A program made the position numbers and the translations under genes. 64,000 nt of DNA from Candidatus Latescibacterota bacterium (GTDB taxonomy: Bacteria; Latescibacterota; UBA2968; UBA8231), in assembly GCA_965261395.1 (NCBI GenBank), contig OZ253462.1, positions 4,544,001 through 4,608,000 on the forward strand, written 5' to 3'. The notes beneath the pieces are model-generated. The model made no database searches and was not told where the DNA came from. It saw nothing but the letters and a program-made list of their open reading frames with translations. Shown here piece by piece: positions 20,154-29,738 of this stretch; the stretch's first letter is position 1, and each line of letters opens with the position of its first letter.

Positions 20154-20374
20154 GCCCACTTCCGGTTGTTGGAAGCCGTGATATTGTTAGGGCATTAGGG
20201 AAAATTGGCTATGTTTTTGACCGACAACGAGGGAGCCATCTAGTCTTGCGAATGAATCGAAAACCCTATCGTCGCATCGTAGTTCCCAAGCATAGGGAGG
20301 TCGCTAAAGGGACTTTGCGAACGATTATTCGCGAGGCAGGTCTGACTGTCGAAGAGTTCAGAGCCCTTTTGTGA
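20150..20374 (+). CDS. hicA: HicA family mRNA interferase toxin
   Basis: RQRGSHL...VVPKH.EVAKGTLRTIIREAGL; TTG start overlaps the hicB stop. Confidence 0.9.
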   Translation: MSPLPVVGSRDIVRALGKIGYVFDRQRGSHLVLRMNRKPYRRIVVPKHREVAKGTLRTIIREAGLTVEEFRALL

Positions 20375-20384
20375 GTTCGGCGGG

Positions 20385-20480
20385 CTCGGCCCAACAGCTA
20401 ATCGTTGACGACTGGCACACCCATCTCCTTGCCGACGCTACTTCAGATCCATTCGACGAAGACTGTCTCGACGTGGTCGT
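20385..20480 (+). pseudogene. Internally deleted duplicate of the 5' part of the downstream uronate-isomerase-like gene
   Basis: 20385-20429 matches 23187-23231 (43/45 nt) and 20429-20480 matches 23393-23444 (47/52 nt). Confidence 0.85.
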
Positions 20481-20500
20481 ACAAGACGTGCCCGTGAGAA

Positions 20501-20701
20501 TCAGCACTCCTCCATCGTCTCCAACTCGTCGTTGGAATAGCGTAGCTCAACGGTACCGGCCAGACGGGCTAGTTGGCGGAGCTGTTGCAGACGCAGGTAT
20601 TCATTTAATGCCATGTGTACTGCGGAGGCTTTGTCTTTTTGCTTTGTCGCTTGCTGGATGGCTTGGACAATTTCCGAGTCTAAGGTAACTGTTGTATCCA
20701 G
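20501..20701 (-). pseudogene. VapB-like (DUF2191-type) antitoxin with CTG start, followed by a ~8-codon vapC remnant
   Basis: Not in the ORF track. GAGG RBS then CTG gives (M)DTTVTLDSEIVQAIQQATKQKDKASAVHMALNEYLRLQQLRQLARLAGTVELRYSNDELETMEEC*. An overlapping GTG at 20507 gives MLILTGTS, like the VapC start MILVDTS. Confidence 0.65.
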
Positions 20702-20969
20702 AATAAAACCTCGTTGTTATTCGTTGTTTTCTTTCGCCAAAAGATGAATGATTCTTGGTCGCACGACAAGCGACGAAATAACGGCAAAGCTCTTGAGTAT
20801 TCGGCACACAAGGGCAAACGTCTGTCCGATTTTCCTTTTTACTTTAGAGAAGCCGACTGCCTCTCTCCGGCGTGTGTCGAGAGGACTGGACAGCTTGTCG
20901 AACTGCTCTCATATCCGTCGCTATTATGGGGAAGATTGACATGCAGAGTGATGTCTAAAAGAGGACGAC

Positions 20970-21818
20970 ATGGATAAGAATTCAGACGCCTCTAAGAAGG
21001 TTAATTGGTGGCCTTTGTGGTTGACATTTTTAGTAATAATTTTCCTTTGGGGAATGTCTATTATCGTACTTTTCTGGTTGTTTCCTGACATTAGTGTACG
21101 AGGACAATTTGGAGACACATTTGGAGCAGTTAATGCTCTATTTGCTGGTTTGGCTTTTGCAGGTATCATTTTTGCAATAATCCTTCAGAAAAAGGAACTC
21201 GAACTCCAACGGCAGGAATTAAAGGAGACACGGGACGAAATCAGGGGACAAAAGGAACAACTTGAGGCACAAGATCGGACGCTTCAGAAGCAGAATTTTG
21301 AGAATTCCTTCTTTCAGCTTCTAAGCTTCCACAATGAGATTGTCAATTCATTGAAGGCTCAAGAACCGGGAGGCCAAGAAGTAGAAGGACGTAGGTGCTT
21401 TGCTGTTTTCCTTCAAAGGCTAGCACGTATCTATAACAAAGAGACGAATACTTCAGGCCAAATGAAAGACAATATCAACGCATCCTACGAGGAATTCTTG
21501 TCCCGATATCAGTGGATTATTGGTCATTACTTTCGGCATTTATACAATACTGTCAAATTTGTTCACGAACACAAATTCTTCAAAGAATCTGAAGATAAGA
21601 AGACCTACATCAATCTCATTCGTGCTCAACTATCAAGCGTTGAATTGGAGCTCCTTTTCTACAATTGCCTGAGTAACCGAGGAGCCAAATTCAAATGCTT
21701 GGTCGAAAAATACGCGCTTCTTGAAGATATGGATTTTGGAAACCTTCTGGATCCAGAACATCGATCTTTCTACGAAGAAAGGGCTTATGACGGATCTGGT
21801 CTAAAGGAAAATCAATAA
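20970..21818 (+). CDS. Putative phage abortive infection protein (putAbiC-like), membrane-anchored
   Basis: Two N-terminal TM segments, GQFGDTFG..NALF.GLAF, a coiled coil, HYFRHLY and Y.NLIRAQLS..EL.LLFYN; AT-rich codon usage. Confidence 0.8.
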   Translation: MDKNSDASKKVNWWPLWLTFLVIIFLWGMSIIVLFWLFPDISVRGQFGDTFGAVNALFAGLAFAGIIFAIILQKKELELQRQELKETRDEIRGQKEQLEAQDRTLQKQNFENSFFQLLSFHNEIVNSLKAQEPGGQEVEGRRCFAVFLQRLARIYNKETNTSGQMKDNINASYEEFLSRYQWIIGHYFRHLYNTVKFVHEHKFFKESEDKKTYINLIRAQLSSVELELLFYNCLSNRGAKFKCLVEKYALLEDMDFGNLLDPEHRSFYEERAYDGSGLKENQ

Positions 21819-21845
21819 GCCCTACTTCCAACTTACCGAGGAAAG

Positions 21846-22999
21846 GGCGTTGTTGCATGAAAGCGGTGTTAGGGTCTTGAACTGAGTCAGGCTCTCCAGT
21901 TAGATTGGTTCGTGATTTCCAGCAAGAAACACGTACCTCTCTTCCCTGAGAGCCTGTGATGAGCAAACTATCGGGCGGTTCGCCCTCGGTCAAGTCGAAA
22001 GCGGTGTATCGGGTCCAGAATTGGTCGTCGTATAATCGGGCGTTGATCGCCCGTGGTAGCCTGACGGTCTGGCTGGACGATTCGTTGTGGAAGCAGTGGT
22101 ATGATCAGGGGCCGTCTCAACGGGGTGCTCCGTTTGTATATTCGGATCCAGCGATTGAATGGATGTTGACGATGCGGGTGTTGCTTCGGTTGCCGTTGCG
22201 CCAGACGCAGGGCTTTATCCAATCGCTTTTGGACTTGATGCAGTTGGACTTGGCGACGCCGGATTACTCGACCTTGTCGCGTCGCCAAGGGAACTTGGCG
22301 GTGGTGTTGCCGAGAAAGTGCCCCGATAAACCGATGCACTTGGTGGTAGATTCGACCGGCTTGAAAGTCTACGGTGAGGGCGAGTGGAAAGTCCGTCAAC
22401 ACGGCTGGACCAAACGGCGGACTTGGCGCAAACTGCATGTGGGGGTCCACGAGGCCACCGGCGAGGTGGTCGCCCAGACGTTGACGTCCCATCGGATCGA
22501 TGATGCCTCGCAGGTCGCCCCCTTGCTGACCCAAGTCGACGAGGCGGTGGGGGCGGTAGGTGGAGATGGTGCGTATGACAAACAGAAGGTTTTCGACGCC
22601 TTGGCCACGCCGCGGAGTGGTCCCGCGATTCGGCCCCTCATCGCGCTGCGCAAAGACGCTAAGATCCAACAGCATGGCAATTGTAAGGCACCCGCGTTGG
22701 CACGGGATGAGATCCTTCGAGCCATTCGACACCAGGGACGCAAGGCGTGGAAACAGGCCAGTGGCTATCATCGACGTTCGTTGGCGGAAACGCAGATCTA
22801 TCGCTATAAGCACCCCATCGGCGACAAGCTGAAGGCACGTAGCTGGGCTAACCAACAGGTCGAAAGTCGCTTGGGCTGTGCCATCCTCAATCGAATGATC
22901 CATCTGGGCAAACCCCAGTCGTATCGAGTAGAAAAAATTAACTGAACAAAAAACAACATTCGACCATGATACCCCAGATATGATTCATGCAACAACGCC
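21846..22999 (+). mobile_element. IS5-family (IS903 group) insertion sequence, 1,154 bp
   Basis: Perfect 16-bp TIRs GGCGTTGTTGCATGAA (21846-21861) and TTCATGCAACAACGCC (22984-22999). Flanking 9-mers CGAGGAAAG and AGAGGAAAG form a TSD with 1 mismatch. Confidence 0.93.
21956..22945 (+). CDS. IS5 family DDE transposase
   Basis: Motifs NWSSYNRALIARGSLT, DSTGLKVYGEGEW, WRKLH, DGAYD and GYHRRSLAET. Confidence 0.95.
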   Translation: MMSKLSGGSPSVKSKAVYRVQNWSSYNRALIARGSLTVWLDDSLWKQWYDQGPSQRGAPFVYSDPAIEWMLTMRVLLRLPLRQTQGFIQSLLDLMQLDLATPDYSTLSRRQGNLAVVLPRKCPDKPMHLVVDSTGLKVYGEGEWKVRQHGWTKRRTWRKLHVGVHEATGEVVAQTLTSHRIDDASQVAPLLTQVDEAVGAVGGDGAYDKQKVFDALATPRSGPAIRPLIALRKDAKIQQHGNCKAPALARDEILRAIRHQGRKAWKQASGYHRRSLAETQIYRYKHPIGDKLKARSWANQQVESRLGCAILNRMIHLGKPQSYRVEKIN

Positions 23000-23124
23000 A
23001 GAGGAAAGCATTGAGGTTGAGAGGATTTCTGAAAGGCCTTTCTAACGTTCCTCGTCGATCCCCTTTGACGCCCTGTTGCTCTTGGCCTACTGTTATGCCC
23101 TTTAACTCGACAGGAGCCTCCTCC

Positions 23125-24399
23125 ATGAGCACTTCTACCCTACCCCTATTCCGCGACCAAATCCCCTCCGTCGTCGCCGAAGAAACCTCGGCCCAACGGC
23201 TAATCGTCGACGACTGGCACACCCATCTCCTCGGCCCCCAAGCCGGCCCCCAGCTCTGCCTGTACGGCATTGACCAGCAGCTCGCCTATCACTACGTGCG
23301 CCGCAAGCTCTTTGCCGCTGGCCACATCGACCCGGCCACCTTCTACTCCTGGAGCCTAGAACAACAAGGCGATTTTACTTGGCAGAAGCTTTTTGCCGAC
23401 GCCGCTTCAGATCCATTCGACGAAGGCTGTCGCGGCGTGGTCGTCGCGCTGGAAGCCCTCGGCCTCGACCCCAACGCCGCCACTCTCGACGAAGCGCGCC
23501 AGTTCTACGCGGACACCGCCCCGGAAGAAATACAGCGCCGCTGCATGAAGCTAGCCGGCGTTCGCCGCATCGTCGGCACCCAAGACGTGTTCAACGACCA
23601 AGAACGCGCTTACTACGAAAGCGGCGAATGGGACGAATGCTACTTGTCCGGCTACCGCCTCGACGAACTCGTCTTGCACTACCCGCGCGCGGCAATGAAG
23701 CTCAACGCCTGGGGCTACGAGGTTGGCAACGACCCCAGCCAGCCAGCCACCGCCCAGTCGATCCGCCGCTTCCTCGCCGACTGGTACGGCAAGCTGCACG
23801 GCGTCGCGTACGGCGCGTGCTCGTTCCCGCCCCACTGCCAAGTCCACGACCTCAGCGGCCTGGAAGGTGCCGTCCTCCACCACGCCGTGCTGCCGGCCCT
23901 GCGCGAACTCAACTTGCCCTTCTTTATGATGCCCGGCCCCATCCGCCAGCTCAAACCCGAATGGCGCGACGCCGGCGACGGCGTGGGCCTCGCCGACATG
24001 TATCCCTACCAGCAGTTGGTGCGCCGCCATCCCGACAACGCCTTCTTCATCACGCCGCTCCACAACGCCAACCAGTACGACGCCAGCGTCCTCTCCTGCC
24101 ACAACGACAACATCATGGTCATTGGCCACTGGTGGTTCAACTACCATCCGGGCTTGGTCGAACAAGACCTGCGGATGCGCTTGGAGATGACCGGCGACCG
24201 CTTCATTCCCTTCAACTCGGATGCCCGCGTGCTGGAAAACCTCATCCCCAAGTGGCAGCGCTTCCGCGCAATCCTCGCCAAAGTCCTAAGCGAAAAATAC
24301 CTAGACCTGCACGACGCCGGCCGACAAGTAACCCGCGCCAGCATCGCCCAAACCCTCCAGACCCTCTTCACGCCCAACCGATTTTCTCAACTCACTTAA
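23125..24399 (+). CDS. Uronate (glucuronate) isomerase, divergent Bacillus halodurans-type amidohydrolase
   Basis: Motifs DWHTHL, GIDQQLAYHY, GHWWF and SDARVLENLIPKW; AGGAG RBS before ATG 23125. Confidence 0.8.
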   Translation: MSTSTLPLFRDQIPSVVAEETSAQRLIVDDWHTHLLGPQAGPQLCLYGIDQQLAYHYVRRKLFAAGHIDPATFYSWSLEQQGDFTWQKLFADAASDPFDEGCRGVVVALEALGLDPNAATLDEARQFYADTAPEEIQRRCMKLAGVRRIVGTQDVFNDQERAYYESGEWDECYLSGYRLDELVLHYPRAAMKLNAWGYEVGNDPSQPATAQSIRRFLADWYGKLHGVAYGACSFPPHCQVHDLSGLEGAVLHHAVLPALRELNLPFFMMPGPIRQLKPEWRDAGDGVGLADMYPYQQLVRRHPDNAFFITPLHNANQYDASVLSCHNDNIMVIGHWWFNYHPGLVEQDLRMRLEMTGDRFIPFNSDARVLENLIPKWQRFRAILAKVLSEKYLDLHDAGRQVTRASIAQTLQTLFTPNRFSQLT

Positions 24400-24409
24400 G
24401 CAGGCCCTC

Positions 24410-25567
24410 GTGAAAATCAAGGAAATCCGCGCCGCGCAAATCGCGCTCAAGCCCCCCCGGACGACAACCCCACGCCCCAGCCAGCGGCCCGGCCACGCCC
24501 TGCACCGCCCGCTCGACCGCTATGATCGCTTCCGCGCCGGTCGCACCGGCTCCCCGGAATGGCAACGCATCGCCTGCGTGGTCACGGCCGAGGACGGCAC
24601 TTGGGGCCTCGGGCTGACCGTCCACTCGCCGCCCGTGCTGCCCATCATCAACGATCACTTCGCTGCACTGCTCGCCGGCGAAAACTGCATGGCCACGGAA
24701 AAGCTGTGGGACGTCATGGTGCGCTCCACCGCGCCCTACGGCGGCCAAGGGCTGGCCAGCTACGCCATCAGCGCCGTGGATACCGCGCTGTGGGACCTCA
24801 AGGGCAAGCTGCTGCAAAAACCTGTGTACGAGCTGCTCGGCGGCCCGCAAAAGGACAAAATTTTCTGCTATGCTTCCGGGTTTGAGCAGGCGTGGTACAT
24901 GGAACTAGGGTTTAAGGCGACCAAGCTCTTCACCCCGTGGGGCGCGGCCGACGGCCTCGACGGCCTCAAGAAAATCGAGGAGCTCGTGGCCACTACGCGC
25001 CAGCTCATCGGCGACGACATTGAACTAAGTCTCGACTGCTGGCTGTCGCAGGACGTGGAACACCTCGTCCGCCTTGCCGAGATGCTCCGTCCCTATCGCC
25101 TGAAGTGGATCGAAGACTACCTGCCCGCCGACGATTGGGCTGGCTACGCCCAAGTGCGCCAGCGGCTCCCTTGGCAGACCCTCGCCTCGGGCGAGCACTG
25201 GTACTTGCCGCGCACCTTTGCCCAAGCGCTCGCCGGCCGCTTCGTCGATATCCTGCAACCGGACGTGCTGTGGGCCGGGGGCATAACGGCCGGGGTCAAA
25301 ATCTGCCACCTCGCCGAGGCCGCGGGCGTCTCGGTCATTGCCCACGCCGGCATGAACTACCCCTACGGCCAGCACCTTTCTTTTGCCATGCCGGCCATCG
25401 TCTGGGGCGAGCGCTCGGAAAGCGTGTCGCCGCCCGGGGTACCGCTCCACGAAATGACCCTGTTGCCCGGCACGCCAGCCATCCAAGACGGCTACCTCGT
25501 GCCCAGCGACGCGCCTGGATTTGGCATTGAGGTGGATTTGCCGTGGCTCGAAGGAGTCGCGGTCTGA
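24410..25567 (+). CDS. Enolase-superfamily sugar-acid dehydratase (L-rhamnonate dehydratase-like)
   Basis: Motifs AISAVDTALWDLKGK, LDCW, WIED, GEH and QPDVLWAGGIT. Confidence 0.85.
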   Translation: MKIKEIRAAQIALKPPRTTTPRPSQRPGHALHRPLDRYDRFRAGRTGSPEWQRIACVVTAEDGTWGLGLTVHSPPVLPIINDHFAALLAGENCMATEKLWDVMVRSTAPYGGQGLASYAISAVDTALWDLKGKLLQKPVYELLGGPQKDKIFCYASGFEQAWYMELGFKATKLFTPWGAADGLDGLKKIEELVATTRQLIGDDIELSLDCWLSQDVEHLVRLAEMLRPYRLKWIEDYLPADDWAGYAQVRQRLPWQTLASGEHWYLPRTFAQALAGRFVDILQPDVLWAGGITAGVKICHLAEAAGVSVIAHAGMNYPYGQHLSFAMPAIVWGERSESVSPPGVPLHEMTLLPGTPAIQDGYLVPSDAPGFGIEVDLPWLEGVAV

Positions 25568-25689
25568 GAGATGCCGCATTCTCGACGACCTAGACGCTTC
25601 GGACAAGTGCGCTAAAAGCGGGAATTTGTGATATTATATTCTATTGCTAATCGCATCCCAACGGAGGTTTTACCTCAAGGAGGCTCGCA

Positions 25690-26238
25690 ATGTTTGCACT
25701 CGCCCCTATCATCCTTGCTGTCCTCACAGTCTCGACAGCTTGGACCGACGACGAAGTCCAAACTGTCACCCTGCTCACCACACCTTGGGAAGGCCCCGTC
25801 GAGACGGAAGACGCCGCGATTATTTCGCCCCAAATCCTCGGCGTGCGATTCTATCTAAACGCCGATGGTGCGGTGACTGACTTGCAATTCGAGTTCAGCC
25901 TCGTGCCAGACGTCGTATCCTATCGGATTTGGCGCGAAGTCGAGGTCACGCGCGGCTTAGACGAAAACGGCAACCTAGTGACGCTGGAAGAGCCGGCTAG
26001 CGAATTTGTTCCTTGGGCGAGCGTGAAAGCCGACGAGATAGCAAGCGCCGAGAAGGGCATGGTCATTATCTCTCCCCTCGATTTAGTACTAACCGACTGG
26101 GCCATCTCCGCCACCGTCGAACGCGACGGCACCCTCTATCGCTCGCCGCTAAGTTACTTTGACCTACCCTCGCAGCTACCAACGGCCGTCGAAAGCAAAA
26201 GCTGGGGACAGGTCAAACACCACGCCATCGACCGCTAA
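25690..26238 (+). CDS. Secreted hypothetical protein with C-terminal 'PTAVE..SWGQVK' motif
   Basis: N-terminal signal peptide, acidic beta-rich body and terminal PTAVESKSWGQVK; AGGAGG RBS. Confidence 0.75.
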   Translation: MFALAPIILAVLTVSTAWTDDEVQTVTLLTTPWEGPVETEDAAIISPQILGVRFYLNADGAVTDLQFEFSLVPDVVSYRIWREVEVTRGLDENGNLVTLEEPASEFVPWASVKADEIASAEKGMVIISPLDLVLTDWAISATVERDGTLYRSPLSYFDLPSQLPTAVESKSWGQVKHHAIDR

Positions 26239-26250
26239 CTGAGGATTTCA

Positions 26251-27876
<1,626 letters not shown>

Positions 27877-27897
27877 GCCGATCGCTCAGGATCCAGC

Positions 27898-28704
27898 ATG
27901 AAACTCGACAACAAGGTAGCGGTCGTCACCGGCGCTGCCACCGGCCTTGGCCGCGCCACCGCCATCGGTGCAGCCCGCGAGGGAGCGCAGCTCGTCCTCG
28001 CCGATATCGACGAGGACGGCGGCGAAGCTACGGCCAGACTGATCTCCGGTGCAGGCGGCACAGCTCACTTCGTGCGCACCGATTTGAGCCAGTCTGCGGA
28101 CGTTCGCCGCTTGATGGACACCGTTGGCGAACGCTACGGCCACCTCGACATCCTGATTAATCCAGCGGCCATCCTCGTCGATGCAGGGACGCGCATCGAC
28201 GAATATTCCGAAGCGTCCTGGCGACGAGTCATCGACGTCAACCTCACCGGCAGCTTCCTGCTGTTGAAGTACGCCGTTCCCCTGCTGCTGCAGGCGGGCG
28301 GGGGCGTGGTGCTGCTCGTCATATCCGGTGCCGGCGTGTTGGGCGGCAGTGCCTCCCTTCCGTATGGATCGAGCAAAGGAGGCGTCCGCGGGCTGGTCCT
28401 GGTAGCCCGCGAACAGCTTCGCCCCCTGAACATCCGCATCCACGCCGTGTCTCCGGGAGAAATGGCGACGAATATGAAGTTGGGTGCCATCCGCGAGATG
28501 GCTGAAAAGGCAGGTCAATCCGCCGACGAAGCAGAGCGAGAATCGCGCCCCAGCCTGTCGCCGCCCGAGGATTCGGCTGCCAAGCTCATCGATCTCGCCT
28601 CCGACGCGGGAGCGGCCGCCGGTGATGCTGTGACCATCTTCGACGGCGACTGGGATATCGAGACTCACTCCTTGCGGATCCCATCCGACCGCAGGTTGCA
28701 GTAG
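27898..28704 (+). CDS. SDR family oxidoreductase
   Basis: Motifs TGAATGLG and YGSSK. Confidence 0.88.
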   Translation: MKLDNKVAVVTGAATGLGRATAIGAAREGAQLVLADIDEDGGEATARLISGAGGTAHFVRTDLSQSADVRRLMDTVGERYGHLDILINPAAILVDAGTRIDEYSEASWRRVIDVNLTGSFLLLKYAVPLLLQAGGGVVLLVISGAGVLGGSASLPYGSSKGGVRGLVLVAREQLRPLNIRIHAVSPGEMATNMKLGAIREMAEKAGQSADEAERESRPSLSPPEDSAAKLIDLASDAGAAAGDAVTIFDGDWDIETHSLRIPSDRRLQ

Positions 28705-28797
28705 GGATTGACGACACATCTACCGCTGCCCCGGGCTTCTGCGTTCCAGCCGCATCCCTAAGTCGATGAGGGCAGAGTATCGCGTGAGGAAAACAGC

Positions 28798-29643
28798 ATG
28801 AAATTCAGCGAAGCACAATTGGAGCAGTATCGCACGGACGGTTACGTCATCGTCGACTGTCCGTTCCCCGAGAGACTCACCGAGAAGTGCATGGCGGCGG
28901 TTGAAAAGGCGGCCCAGGATCCAACGGAGGGGTCGGCGGACGGCAGCAAGAGGAATCACTTTTACCTGCGACCGCAGCTAGCAGACTCGTACTGGTGCGC
29001 CCTCGATCACTCCCTGCCGTTCATGCAGATCATCCTGCATCCTGAAATCATCGAGCTCGGCCGTCAACTAGCTGGGGACAGCGATATCTACATGCGCAAT
29101 GGCGGCATCAATGAGCAGGCCCCGGACCGATCGGTCGGATGGCACATCGACGGAGGTCCAGGGTGGGCGGAGTTCATGCACTACTTCTCCGGGGCTTCGC
29201 GCGAAAACGGGTGTTTGCGCATTGTTCCAGGCAGTCACAATGGGCCGCCTAGCGCTCTGGAAGAGACGGCCGCCCAGCTCAGGGATAAACGAGGAATCCC
29301 CGGTTCGCAGGCCGATGACGGCTGGGAAGACGTCGCACTCGACAATGAGATTTCCCTAGAGGTTGAACCCCACCAGCTAATCGTCCGCCATGCCAAGCTG
29401 TTTCACTCCACGTGGCTCAACCGCACCAGTGCCTGTCGGTATCTGAGCCACTGGCTGTTCCATCCCCACGCGATCGACAACCACCGCTTTACGTGGGGGG
29501 ACTACCTGACGCCTGAGCTGCTCAATTCGCTGAGTCCCGAGCAGCGGGAGGTGCTGTGGCTGGAACGCGAATTCGACATCGATCCATCGTACGAGCGGGA
29601 ACGCTCGCGCGAGTTGGGACGAGTGACATGGGGAATCGTCTGA
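28798..29643 (+). CDS. Phytanoyl-CoA dioxygenase (PhyH) family protein
   Basis: Motifs YRTDGYVIV, WHID, NGCLRIVPGSH and HST. Confidence 0.88.
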   Translation: MKFSEAQLEQYRTDGYVIVDCPFPERLTEKCMAAVEKAAQDPTEGSADGSKRNHFYLRPQLADSYWCALDHSLPFMQIILHPEIIELGRQLAGDSDIYMRNGGINEQAPDRSVGWHIDGGPGWAEFMHYFSGASRENGCLRIVPGSHNGPPSALEETAAQLRDKRGIPGSQADDGWEDVALDNEISLEVEPHQLIVRHAKLFHSTWLNRTSACRYLSHWLFHPHAIDNHRFTWGDYLTPELLNSLSPEQREVLWLEREFDIDPSYERERSRELGRVTWGIV

Positions 29644-29651
29644 ACAGCGGG
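29606..29651 (+). repeat. 46-bp direct repeat, copy 1 (3' end of PhyH gene)
   Basis: Matches 32191-32236 at 43/46 nt. Confidence 0.9.
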
Positions 29652-29738
29652 ACGGCACTCGTGGATTTCCGCTCAATCACTCTGGGATCCATTGAGTAGC
29701 ATAACGGCCCCCGCAGGATCGGCCACCCGCTGGCGATT

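Noticed and set aside
20371-20688. 105-aa ORF as a real gene
   Set aside because: It is a chimera of the uronate isomerase remnant and the antisense strand of the vapB remnant.
20748-20939. Possible further toxin remnant (…RRYYGED)
   Set aside because: Similarity is too weak to support by eye.
22987-23124. N-terminal extension of the uronate isomerase ORF
   Set aside because: That ATG lies in the IS right TIR; the RBS-supported start is 23125.
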